DNA of 61,455 bases, counting the filler, from Nemertoderma westbladi (taxonomy: Eukaryota > Animalia > Xenacoelomorpha), in NCBI GenBank assembly GCA_032718475.1. It is 3 parts of 3 records of this genome, joined end to end, with 100 filler letters (N's around TTAATTAATTAA, not from the genome) between each part and the next. Parts side by side here need not be neighbours in the genome. Positions count along the whole stretch, not along the records: positions 1 to 20,782 come from JAUCBJ010004727.1; 2 more parts are not named here. The stretch is one strand, 5' to 3'. Made by a program: the position numbers and the translations under genes. The notes below the pieces were generated by a model, which was given only the letters and a program-made list of their open reading frames with translations, was not told the DNA's origin and did no database searches. Every line of letters starts with the position of its first letter. Position 1 is the first letter of the stretch. Shown piece by piece: positions 1-12,952 of the stretch.

Positions 1-2010
1 TGACTGACTGACTGACTGACTGACTGACTGACTGACTGACTGACTGACTGACTGACTGACTGACTGACTGACTGACTGACTGACTGACTGACTGACTGAC
101 TGACTGACTGACTGACTGACTGACTGACTGACTGACTGACTGACTGACTGACTGACTGACTGACTGACTGACTGACTGACTGACTGACTGACTGACTGAC
201 TGACTGACTGACTGACTGACTGACTGACTGACTGACTGACTGACTGACTGACTGACTGACTGACTGACTGACTGACTGACTGACTGACTGACTGACTGAC
301 TGACTGACTGACTGACTGACTGACTGACTGACTGACTGACTGACTGACTGACTGACTGACTGACTGACTGACTGACTGACTGACTGACTGACTGACTGAC
401 TGACTGACTGACTGACTGACTGACTGACTGACTGACTGACTGACTGACTGACTGACTGACTGACTGACTGACTGACTGACTGACTGACTGACTGACTGAC
501 TGACTGACTGACTGACTGACTGACTGACTGACTGACTGACTGACTGACTGACTGACTGACTGACTGACTGACTGACTGACTGACTGACTGACTGACTGAC
601 TGACTGACTGACTGACTGACTGACTGACTGACTGACTGACTGACTGACTGACTGACTGACTGACTGACTGACTGACTGACTGACTGACTGACTGACTGAC
701 TGACTGACTGACTGACTGACTGACTGACTGACTGACTGACTGACTGACTGACTGACTGACTGACTGACTGACTGACTGACTGACTGACTGACTGACTGAC
801 TGACTGACTGACTGACTGACTGACTGACTGACTGACTGACTGACTGACTGACTGACTGACTGACTGACTGACTGACTGACTGACTGACTGACTGACTGAC
901 TGACTGACTGACTGACTGACTGACTGACTGACTGACTGACTGACTGACTGACTGACTGACTGACTGACTGACTGACTGACTGACTGACTGACTGACTGAC
1001 TGACTGACTGACTGACTGACTGACTGACTGACTGACTGACTGACTGACTGACTGACTGACTGACTGACTGACTGACTGACTGACTGACTGACTGACTGAC
1101 TGACTGACTGACTGACTGACTGACTGACTGACTGACTGACTGACTGACTGACTGACTGACTGACTGACTGACTGACTGACTGACTGACTGACTGACTGAC
1201 TGACTGACTGACTGACTGACTGACTGACTGACTGACTGACTGACTGACTGACTGACTGACTGACTGACTGACTGACTGACTGACTGACTGACTGACTGAC
1301 TGACTGACTGACTGACTGACTGACTGACTGACTGACTGACTGACTGACTGACTGACTGACTGACTGACTGACTGACTGACTGACTGACTGACTGACTGAC
1401 TGACTGACTGACTGACTGACTGACTGACTGACTGACTGACTGACTGACTGACTGACTGACTGACTGACTGACTGACTGACTGACTGACTGACTGACTGAC
1501 TGACTGACTGACTGACTGACTGACTGACTGACTGACTGACTGACTGACTGACTGACTGACTGACTGACTGACTGACTGACTGACTGACTGACTGACTGAC
1601 TGACTGACTGACTGACTGACTGACTGACTGACTGACTGACTGACTGACTGACTGACTGACTGACTGACTGACTGACTGACTGACTGACTGACTGACTGAC
1701 TGACTGACTGACTGACTGACTGACTGACTGACTGACTGACTGACTGACTGACTGACTGACTGACTGACTGACTGACTGACTGACTGACTGACTGACTGAC
1801 TGACTGACTGACTGACTGACTGACTGACTGACTGACTGACTGACTGACTGACTGACTGACTGACTGACTGACTGACTGACTGACTGACTGACTGACTGAC
1901 TGACTGACTGACTGACTGACTGACTGACTGACTGACTGACTGACTGACTGACTGACTGACTGACTGACTGACTGACTGACTGACTGACTGACTGACTGAC
2001 TGACTGACTG
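1..2010. repeat. Perfect (TGAC)n tetranucleotide array, about 502 units, open at the window start
   Basis: Uninterrupted tgac units up to 2010, then an abrupt switch to ataattatct. Confidence 0.98.
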
Positions 2011-4195
2011 ATAATTATCTAGGTTCAGGCACTTCCTGCCTGGCGATTTTGAAGAAATTTTGCAAGTACATTGCTTTGGTGGTTCATAATCCCGTTACAA
2101 AATATCAGATCGATTCTATGTGTGGTATTCGATATATTTAGTTTTTTGACATTATTTTGTCGCGAAATTAAAAGCAATGGTAAAATAACAACTCCTGCCT
2201 GAGCTGCAGCAGCTAGCTGTGGAGTAGGAACGGTGGAGTGCAGGGCTGTCTGAGATAGAATTCCATCCAGGCGGAATTTCTTGACTTTGACTACACCCCT
2301 CCTGCCCGCCTTTGCCTTGTAGGAGCAGCGCTGCTGGCTGAGTCTACACTTCCTTATCAGCTCTCAGGTATAGACAGAAAATAGTTGAGTTGTCAATAAA
2401 CATAATAAAATATACAACTGCAGTAGGATTATATTATTATTCCACGAATCCTTGGGCTGATTATTTTGCATAGGATATATGTAGAAAGTTCTTAAAAATA
2501 ATATTCTTATTTTTTTTTATTACATAGGATTAGCATAATTTTTTAGCTGAAGCATTAATAGTGCAAATTAATTTAATTATATTTTAATACCATTACTACA
2601 TTGGCATAAGATAAGTTTTAACATTTCTTACAAATATTATAAAACACAATAGTGGTGCGAGCATGAAACTCAAATCACGCAAATTTAAAAGAACCGGGTG
2701 TGTTGTCATAATATCTATCTCCATAGGTTATTTTGCTTGACTGGGTCTTGGTGCGGCTTTGCTTTTGGGACGGGGTGCTGATTGAAAGGGGGGTTGAAGG
2801 GGGGAACTGTCCCCCCTTTTCACTTTGACTGATTTGCGGTTTTGTTAAAATTCTTGGATATAGTTGTTGTGATGCTAAAATTTAATTTGTCTTTTGATAA
2901 TGTATTATTTTGTTTCATATTGTTTAGACCTTCAATTTTCATAATATTAGTTGAGTTTTTGTTTATACATTTGCTCTATCATATATTATATAATTTGTAT
3001 TTATTCAAAAAATTGAATGAGACTGTTATCACTATTATTATCTTACTAGAACTACTGACACTATTGTGGAACAGCTAGGATATTTGCGCTTTGTTTTGTG
3101 TGTTTGTGTTTTAGTTTTAGTAACTATAGCTACCCCTTTGTATTGTTAGTTTCGTTCTATAATGCAGCATTGGTTGATTGCCTTAGCAGCCGGTGTTGTA
3201 AAATTCGTATGGAAATGGAGTCTGCATTTATAATATAGGGTGGTTCTAGGGTGGGTTCAGGGTCATCACTCGCTCGGTGTCCTGGTTGTGCATCATGGGC
3301 ATTTTTTCATAAATATTCGGTAATCTTATATCTTGTAAACGTGCTTGATAATGAAATTATTTGCTTCATATTATATTTTTGTTAGTGGTAGCAAAGTTTT
3401 TTATTATGTGGGACGATCCACAAAGTCAGCTAGCCTCACGCCTTACAGTTTAGACAATTGTTTAGTTTAGGCCTACTTACTAGGCCTACAGCTGACTGAC
3501 ATAGTTCATTTGTAATAGTCTTGGCTAGGATTCTTCCCCCGGGCTCCTTCCAGCCAGCTTGCTGGCTTTCTAGTATATAATATATATTATTATAACACAA
3601 ATTCCCTGTTATATACCTGTATCCGCCTTTGGGTTGGGGGTGGTGCAGATAGGGAGGTTATGGGGGGCTTTTTTCCCCTCTATTTGATTTAATGGTGTTT
3701 GGTTAAATTCCGAGTTTGTGATACAGTAGAATCGCTCAATATTAATCTGTATCTCATAACAGAGCCTCGTGGTGCGCGAAGGCCTCACGAACGTGTATAG
3801 CTGTAATCACAGACTTGTTCGTTAGTATATTATAGTTCATATATCGGTACCTTTGTCAGAGAATCCACGAAGCTAAGGAAAATCAACTACTTTCGCTAAG
3901 AAAGATTTTCCTTAGCGGATATGGTGCATTCATAGTGGGCGCTTTTACGTTTGTGAGACAGATCGGGGATGAGATTAAGATTAGTTTTTTTTATTCCATT
4001 TCCATTATTCCATTTTTATACCCTTTAAAATTTGTCCTGAAATTTTGCATGTATATTCTATTCACTAAGGCGCAAAGTTAGGGCTGGGTCTCATATCTTG
4101 TAAAAAATGTCAAAGAATTCAGAAAAAAGTCTATGGAATTCAAATCAACATTTATTACTATTTGTAGCAAAACTGTAGTAGATATGAACTTACTA

Positions 4196-5570
4196 CTAGG
4201 ATCGGCATGCTGCATTGCAGCTGCATTTATAAGAATGCTGTGCCGGCTTGTCGACAAAATTGCACCGCCACAACTCCCTATCACCCATGACATTTGCTAG
4301 ATCATCCGCATCTACAAGGCCACTGTCCTTTAAGATGCGTCTCAAGAAAGTCATGGGCTGTCCACCATGCTTATTCACTCCATGAGGCTGCCAAAGTACA
4401 AGATTATGCACTGGCTGGTCATCAAGGCGAAAGCAATGTCCTGCAAAGCGGAGGCGATTTTGTTCTAGTGTCAAGCTTGGGGGAACCAATGAGACACCTC
4501 CAATGTTATATAGTATCTGGTTGGAGATGTGTGCATTGTACTTGACACAATGAACCCGGCGTAGCATTCTTGTGAATGTGCCATCCAGAGATTTGGTGTC
4601 CTCAGAAGTTAGAGCCAAGCATGGACTCCCATAGAGGAGTACTGGAACTACTGCTGCTCTAAATAATCGGACCTTTAGTTTCCGATTAATTCTCGGTGAC
4701 TTCCAAATCCTGTGGAAAGCCTATTCAAGGCTGCCCATGCCTTTCCCTTACGTATTCGAAGGTCCTCACCTGACTTCCGGATCCATGATTCCAGGTAACA
4801 TAAGTCGTCCACATGCTCAAGCATACCATCCTTTGAGTTTATGCTCATCCGATCAGAGACTTGCTGAGGACTTTCAAAGTTAACTGTCAAAATTTTGGTC
4901 TTTCTGGAGTTAATAAAAAGACCAACACTAGAAGCAGCATGTTCTAATGAGCTGAGGAGACGTGGGCTCCCTATAGTGATTCTGAGAGTACTCATAAGTC
5001 ATTAGCCAAGTCTAGATCAGTTAGGTACTTGGTAGGATTTCCTCGACTTCTGGAGCCAGTAGGTGGAGTTATCATCACCCCATCATCATTATGATGATCT
5101 AAGGGCATGCGTAGAACATAGTCAACAACAATTATGAACAAGAATGGTGCAAGTGTGTCTCCTTGGAGGACGCCCCATAACACTTCAAATGGTTCTGTGT
5201 CACCGTCAACAGTAGACACAAATGTTGTTGAACCATCGTATACTGATGTGATTGCTGCAATAATTTCGTCAGGAATCCAATATAATGAAAGTATGCTGAA
5301 CATACGTGAGCGGGAGACTGAATCAAAGCCTTGAAGAAGTCAACAAAGATAACAGCCAGATGCCTGTCTTTCTTTTTTGATAACTCTTCAATTTTCCTTC
5401 TAAGTACAAAATGGGCTCCATGGTCCCACGACCTTTACGGAACCCATTCTGATTTCCACGGAGCAGTATCTCAATGGGATCCCTGATGCGATTTAATAGA
5501 ATTCTATTGTATAGCTTTGCAGCAATCGAGATCAATGAGATTCCCCGATAAGAACCATAGATTGTTCCTA
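4196..5570 (-). mobile_element. Degenerate RTE-like LINE, RT and C-terminal part
   Basis: Frameshifted ORFs carrying NQNGFRKGR, GVLQGDTLAPFLF, DLDLANDL (the YADD position) and RLRFAGHCFR. Confidence 0.85.
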
Positions 5571-6520
5571 TATTTTTTATAATATTGCTCTTTTTCCGGA
5601 TGGGATATAAGTGATGCGTATAACTTATTTTTCATCATATTTGATTGAACCAGTGATGTGGTCATCCACTTTTTTTGGGGATTTTATGTCGCTTTACTAT
5701 TTTTTTGTGAAGATGTTTTTTTAGCAATGTTGTTATAAAAGGTTTCAAATTTTTTATTCGCTGTAGTTGTGTTGTCGTTGTATGACCAGTTTTGATAATT
5801 GCGTATGTCTGACATATAATTTGCTGGTTTGAAATTTGAATAGTCGTATATAAATTTTTCTTGTTGAGGTGCGAAAAACTATGAGTATTTATGTATGACA
5901 ACGAACGTATCTAAGTGGTCAGTAGTACCAAGTTGTCCAGTGAAAACGCCAGAGGTGAGTATTTTACTTGAAATGTTTGTAGATATGTGGTCTATTATAG
6001 TTTTAGTGTGTGGTGTAATTCTAGTAGGTTTGTCAATTAGTTGTTCAAGTCCATTAGATTCTGTTTGTAAGTAATTAATGGCTGAGTTTGATCGTTTTAG
6101 TAGGTCAATGTTAAAATCGCCAATACGTATTATGTATGTGTCCTGATGATTAACTGTGGCAATAGTGTATTTAGGTTTTCAATAAAGTCGTTAATGTTGC
6201 ATGTGTATCTGGTCTGTAGATAGTGCCAAGGAGAAGTTGTTTATTTGTTTGGGAGGTGTTCCGTGTTCTAGAAATAGTTGCAAATGTGGATTCACAGTTG
6301 GGTAGTGTCAGGTCTTTTCGTTCTGTAATATTTATACCTTTTTTTGTGTAAATCGCAGTACCGGCATCGCCTCTGTTTTTCTTACCCATGGTGCCTTTTA
6401 TGCACCATACTCAAGATACATGGAAACACAAAATCGCCAGGTGCATTAGTAAGTCAATGCGTTCATGCTCTGGCGCACAATTCAATCATATGCAGCTATC
6501 TAACGGTAAATTGAATACTA
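5571..6520 (-). mobile_element. CR1/L2-group LINE AP-endonuclease fragment lying between the two parts of the RTE-like element
   Basis: Motifs GTAIY and LLLGTIYRP in the ORF track; GDFNIDL and LIDKPTRITPHTKTIIDH read by hand on the minus strand. Confidence 0.7.
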
Positions 6521-7530
6521 AGCCTCAGACAACTAATGAAACTACAATTATTGTGGTATATCGTATATGGCCTCCATTTCTTAAAATTCGTTTAGCCAGT
6601 TGGGCTCATTATGTGCCGTACAGGGGATCCCTTTGCCATTTCCTAATTCTGTGGTCAGTCCAGTAGGCCTTTCTGTTTCATGAGTCGGCAGCCTTAACTG
6701 CTTCTGCGATGGCAGTATATCGATCACAGCCGAATGAAGCCGTGTGTGTAGTTGTGTGCAGTTGCAATATAGGACCAATCATGTCGTGGTAAGGTAGATT
6801 TCTTAGATCTGCTAGTGCTGAGACTAAGTCTTACCTTAGCCCCAATAATAGCTCCTGAGTTTCTTACGAAACAAAATATGGTCTTTCTTGGACTTGCGAC
6901 CACTGGGTCCAGTGCGTGGCCTCAGCTTTCCATTTTCCTTCTTGAACTGGGTCCAGGTTTAGAACAACAAATTTGGATTCATGAAATCCTGAAGATGGAC
7001 TGAAGTTCAGTTGGCACTATTGCTATTAACAGAAAAGCTAACCAAAAACCCGATTATGAATTGATGCTGATACACTCCATCAGTAGCTTCTTGTAGATTG
7101 TGGTATAAATTTTCCACCTCCTCTACTGACATTGGGACAACACTAGTGGGTTAATAATAGCATACAATCAGAACCACTTTAGGAAACTTCTTAGCCAATC
7201 TTCCAGAACATGAGAGAGAAGTGATGATGCGGTTGCATTCATCACTAGACAAATTCCTCCATTACCACTGTCATCTGCTGAGGAAAGCCGCCTATCACCT
7301 CGCATGTCCTTAATCAGAACCTTGCCAGTCTGCACAGACCGCATTTGGTGCTCTTGAAGGTGCTCCACAATGCTAACGCAACATCAGGGTTGTCTGTTCA
7401 TCCTGTCACCTTGGGGACCCAAGTGTTAGGGTATTAACTGAGGCTAGTCTAGAGACTTGCCTCAGGTTCGCCAATAGCTGGCTTGGTTGGGGTGGTAGAC
7501 TGAACAATGTCATTGAAAGAACAAGGTTAA
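6521..7530 (-). mobile_element. Degenerate 5' (endonuclease) part of the RTE-like LINE
   Basis: LQEH...SSADDSGNGGICLV resembles the N-terminus of RTE AP endonucleases; same strand as, and upstream of, the RT fragments. Confidence 0.55.
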
Positions 7531-8190
7531 CACAAAATAATAAATTTACAATTGATTACGTCACCAACCTCATCTCATTCTAGGATGCAGTACCGGTACC
7601 TAAACGTAAAGAAAATGAAAGTATTTAATATTGGCATCATACACAATGTACATGAATGTTAGTAAGATATTTTAACCAAAATTGGATACCATCACATATA
7701 CATTAATACAACAATACCATTAGCTTCCAATATGCTAGCTGTAACTGACAGCAAATTCACTCAACAATAATAAATTAACGAAAATAATGCAAAAGAAAAC
7801 AAATATAGCTAAAAGAATATTATTCCCCTGATTTACAGTCAAATCATCTTTCAATTAAATTTTACAAGCAATAAGATGTACAAGATTACTAAAATTTCAA
7901 TATTCGTGATATACTGAAATTACAATTTTCCATAATTATGGCAAAATAAGCTTTACTTAATTAATATCAAATTACACAATATGTCTTTTACTAGAAAGGA
8001 GCAGGTTGCAGTGGCATTTTATTCTAACCAAACCAATTAACGAACTGATATCAATAGAACAGGTTTCAGTTTAATTTTTGCAGATAATCGAAAAATATGT
8101 TATTGGTACAACGATTTTCGCCTGGAGAATTTTGATTGAGTTGAAAATGCCCACCACCGTATTTTAGTCTATAAATATTGGCCCTACTAA

Positions 8191-8585
8191 AGGCCCGTTT
8201 CCGCGCTGCTTTTTTTGCGAGCTTTATTACAAGCTTTTTTTAGTTAAAACAATTTCAAGAAATTAATTGCTTCTAGATGAATCTGAGAACTTTCGAATGT
8301 TAAAACCTAAAATTTAGAATAAAGCTTGGAAAAAAGCTAAAAAAAAGCTAGAAAAATAGCTCAAAAAAAAGCTGGGTCGAATATTATAATTATCTATTTC
8401 TATAACATTCATATTATATATTTATTTTAACTGAACGTTAGAAAAGGCATAACAAGCTTAAAAAAAAGCTCAAAAAAAGCTTGAAAAAAAGCAAAAAAAA
8501 AGCTAGAAAAAAAGCAAAAAAAAGCTAGAAAAACAGCTCAAACCTCAGAATACCTCACATAAAAAAGCAGCGCGGAAACGGGCTT
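8191..8585. mobile_element. PIF/Harbinger-like MITE
   Basis: 25-bp terminal inverted repeats (TIRs) aggcccgtttccgcgctgctttttt / aaaaaagcagcgcggaaacgggctt; flanks TAA and CAA; internal AAAAAAGCT repeats. Confidence 0.75.
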
Positions 8586-10356
8586 CAATGGCTTACTGTA
8601 TATAAAAGTTTAAAATGTTTAGAATATTAAGGAACATAATTATTATTACATTGTTTGGTGTAACCAAAGGTAACCATTGTAACTAATGGATAAGGTTCAC
8701 AAAGTCTGGATCACTGTCAGTCAGGTTAGTTGAAATCAATGTACAAAGTTAGAGTAGTGATCCAGGCAGAAACTCATCATGTAGGTCAACTTAACATATC
8801 ATGTGAAGGTATAACTATGCACTTCTAGAGTATGCTGATTGGTTAAGATTCGATGGATACATAGATCCATCTTCTTTCCCGTTGACATTATAACCAATCA
8901 TTTCGCTAAGAATATTTGTTTAACAGTGTTACTTACAGTTTTCACACTGATATATTCACAAATCGTAGAATATTTTATTTATTTAAATATTATTTATTTC
9001 TTTTAAATGGGGAAGCAGGAACTGTTGTTTATTGTTGATTTTTTATTATTATTGCAATATTGCTTTTTTAATCGAAAATTTACCGAATTAATTAATATTA
9101 AGAATATAATATTACATTAAATGCTTTTTCGTACAATATTATTTTGCATTGTATCCTTCTATAATAAAACCTCAACAAACTTGAAACCATTAAAGATCCC
9201 ACAAATGCGTTGCCAGATTTATTTTCATATTGTTGCCGTACGGGGTGTGGTGGTCCCCGGTAGTATCGAATTTTATGTTTATTATTACAGTATGTTAAAT
9301 AGATAATAGATAAGGCTAATTGTTAATTGATGCGACCGGGTGGATCTGTCTTGTTATTTATAATTCACCTAATTTAATTTAAAGTTACTGTATAACTAAA
9401 TGTATATCCGTAGTCGTATTGGGTTTATTAAAGTGGTGAGTTTTAGATAATTTAATTGAACAGCGTGAAGGGGGGGGGGGGGGGGGGGGGTGATATTGCG
9501 TGGTGGCAGATACACAGGAGGTTTTTAACTGCGAAGTGAACATCTTTTTGGATTTATTACAAGGAGAACAGTGAGAGAGGTCTTAAACTACACAGAAGCT
9601 GACAGAATAAGTCTCCAGGGGTGCTGGGAGTTATAAAGTAACTGCGCTGCAATTCGACCCTCTTGTATGGACAACTGATGTAAGTCTGGGCGTTGCCATT
9701 GGAGACCACGGCCACAAGGATTCTACTCGTGGAGCTGTACTTAATTATTTTACACGAGATTTTATTGAATTGAAATTCGTGATAACTTGGCTTCAGACCA
9801 TTGACATTGTTAGATATTGAAAACCTAAGTATAGACTTTATATCCTCCGCAGGCTTTTTATTTATGATATTTGTTAAGGAATGATGAGTAATTTAATTAA
9901 GAGTATTTTGATAAAACCGGAATCGGTAGAAACTCTACAGACACATTTGTGCAGCTTAAAATGTTTGTTTCTCGAACATAAACCTCTTCACCTGGGATCT
10001 GGGAAAAAATCTGGGAAAATAACTTCTCACATAAACAAAATTCGATATTGTCATTAGTGAAGTTGAGTCAAGATAATATTAAGTGACAAGAAATTGTTGT
10101 TTTTTGTTGTCTACTGTACAAGAAATTGCTTTTAGGTTTGTTTTGGTTCGATATACTAGCCAGAAATTATATACCCAAAATCTGGAAATAAAACTGTAGT
10201 TTTTAATGTATTGAAGGCTATGAGAGTAACTGCTTATATTGTGATTCCAATATATTCCCTGTTCATTTAATGTTTACCGCCACCACCACAATAAACATTG
10301 TTCCCATTCTCTAAAAGAAATTACAACATTTAACTAACTAACTATGGAAGAATGTA

Positions 10357-11123
10357 GCCAGTAGGTGGAGTTATCATCACCCCATCATCATTATGATGAT
10401 CTAAGGGCATGTGTAGAACATACCTCAATTATGAACAAGAATGGTGCAAGTGTGTCTCCCTGGAAGACGCCCCATAACACTTCAAATGGTTCTGTGTCAC
10501 CGTCAACAGTAGACACAAATGTTGGCGAACCATCGTATACTGATCTGATTGCTGCAATAATTTCATCAGGAATCCCATATAATGAAAGTATTCTGAACAT
10601 ACGTGAGCGAGAAACTGAATCAAAGGCCTTGAAGAAGTCAACAAAGATAACAGCCAGATGCCTGTCTTTCTTTTTTGATAACTCTTCAATTATCCTTCTA
10701 AGTGCCAAAATGGGCTCCATGGTCCCACGACCTTTACGGAACCCATTCTGATTTCCACGGAGCAGTCTCTCAATGGGATCCCTGATGCGATTTAATATAA
10801 TTATATTGTATAGCTTTGCAGCAATCGAGATCAATGAGATTCCCCGAAAAGAACCATAGAGTGTTAGGTTGCCCTTCTTGGGAACTGGCACCAACATATT
10901 TGTTTTCATTTCTTGTGGGACTCTTGTTGTTCGGTACATGTCTACTATGATGGGATAGATGAGCTTTAAACACTCCAGTATTTTAAAGACCTCAGGGGGA
11001 ACACCATCTACTCCACTGGCACGATTGGTCTTAATGCTCTTTGCAGCAAAGGAGATATCGCCAATGGGAATATCTGGGAGTACAGACTCAGACACGTTTA
11101 CTTCTATAAAGTTATTGTTCCTA
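10357..11123 (-). mobile_element. Second RTE-like RT fragment, near-identical to 5057-5570
   Basis: 234-aa ORF with ASGVDG, PVPKKG, FRGISL, FVDFFKAFDSV and GVFQGDTLAP; direct nucleotide match to the first copy. Confidence 0.9.
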
Positions 11124-11771
11124 ATGTATCAAACAAAGAAAGATTAGACATTAATAACAAAACTAAATGCAAGCGGCTTGAAAGTAAGGAATAAACTACA
11201 AATAGATTTATCGAATGCCAATCATTATTGATATAATAGGCGAAACTAAGGAAAATGTAGCATTCCAGAAATCTATGGAAGAGGATAGTTAAATACATTT
11301 CTACACCAGATTGTCACACCATGTCTGATCAAGCCAATAGGTTACAATGGTAAACAATAGTGAACAGAGCATAGTTATTCATCAAAAGGGGAATATTCAA
11401 TGTCAGTTGAACATGTTAATGAAACGACATTAGTGTTCGAAATGACTTTATGTTTGAATTCCGAGAAGATAATGTTATATAATTAATTTTGTCATGGAAT
11501 ACCCCCATAGTATCATAAATAATTAATTAATACCCAGCTATTTCCCTTATTATAATGTTAAATTAAAACCTATGGCATTCCACCAGGGTGAATGGTTAGA
11601 CAGACAGCGGGGCACCGGGGCGGGGGCGGTAATTGGATGGTATTTCCGCAGATATTATTTTTCCTCATATGTGTCCAACACGAATTCTAAGTATTAATAT
11701 TAACATAATATATAAATAATGATTATTACATAATATTTTAGCATATATTTAATTATCCAAATCTTTTTTTT

Positions 11772-11950
11772 AGGCGAACTTAGTTCCAATAACTAGAGAA
11801 AAACGAAAACGAATTTAGTTCCAATGCATGCGAATTTAGTTCCAACGGATGCGAACTTAGTTCCAATGGAAGCAAATTTAGTTCCAATGGAAGCGAATTT
11901 AGTTCCAATGGATGCGAATTTAGTTCCAATGGAAGCAAATTTAGTTCCAA
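11772..11950 (+). repeat. 21-bp tandem array (GCGAA(C/T)TTAGTTCCAATGGA), left arm of a foldback-like element
   Basis: About 7-8 units; reverse complement of the arrays at 12287-12777 and 16652-16950. Confidence 0.9.
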
Positions 11951-12286
11951 AGTTTCAGGTGTGGTGCGAGCCACGTAGTTGGCGAAGAATCTGTTTAATG
12001 ACACTATTAGGTGGATGGTTAAATAATAATTGTAAATAAATAAAAATGGCACAATGTGCATGACTTGAGTATATAATACTACAGACTCAAGTCAGTCAGC
12101 ATCAGGTATACTCGTGATTAATATATATTTCAAAATGTGTAATTATACATTTAATTCATTAATAATAATTCGTTTTTTAAAAATGACAGAAGGACTTTAG
12201 AATTATTGTTGATCCTGACCCACCCGAAATAGTGGCAATACGCAATAGGCTTCGCATACTACGTCGATATCCCCACGATTGAAACA

Positions 12287-12777
12287 TTGGAACTAAATTC
12301 GCATCTATTGGAACTAATTCGCATCCATTAGAACTAAGTTCGTTTTTATATTCTGGGATTGGAACTAAGTTCGCCTCGATTGGAACTAAGTTCGCTTTGT
12401 AAAATTTATTTTGGAACTAAATTTGTTTCAATTGGAACTAAGTTCGCCTCGATTGGAACTAAGTTCGCTTTGTAAAATTTATTTTGCAACTAAATTTATT
12501 TCAATTGGAACTAAGTTCGCCTCGATTGGAACTAAGTTCGCTTTGTAAAATTTATTTTGCAACTAAATTTGTTTCAATTGGAACTAAGTTCGCCTCGATT
12601 GGAACTAAGTTCGCTTTGTAAAATTTATTTTGGAACTAAATTTGTTTCAATTGGAACTAAGTTCGCCTCGATTGGAACTAAGTTCGCTTTGTAAAATTTA
12701 TTTTGGAACTAAATTTGTTTCAATTGGAACTAAGTTCGCTTTGTAAAATTTATTTTGGAACTAAATTTGTTTCAATT
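12287..12777 (-). repeat. 73-bp higher-order tandem repeat (21+31+21 TTGGAACTAA subunits), first part of the right arm
   Basis: Period of 73 (e.g. 12361 to 12434); interrupted by the LINE poly(T). Confidence 0.92.
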
Positions 12778-12952
12778 TTTTTTTTTTTTTTTTACTTTAC
12801 ACCTCCAACGAGGTAACCAATTATATTAATTATATATTTATTAGCACATTAATATAATTGAATTGCAATTATTACCCATCACCATTGTTATTAATTGATT
12901 ACTTAGGAGCACGAGTTGGACAATATACTACTTATGGTGTGGCCTGAGCGGG

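Noticed and set aside
2400-3700. Strand-skewed stretch that might be a LINE 5' region
   Set aside because: No diagnostic motif could be read with confidence.
9231-9800. Possible solo LTR (TGTTG start, TGG after ...GATAAC)
   Set aside because: No partner LTR, TSD or convincing PBS.
11780-12061. ORFs with PLELNS / ANLVPME repeats
   Set aside because: Translations of the 21-bp array.
11772-12777. CRISPR-like appearance of the TTGGAACTAA repeats
   Set aside because: The spacers are not unique, there are no cas genes, and the context is eukaryotic; this is a tandem array.
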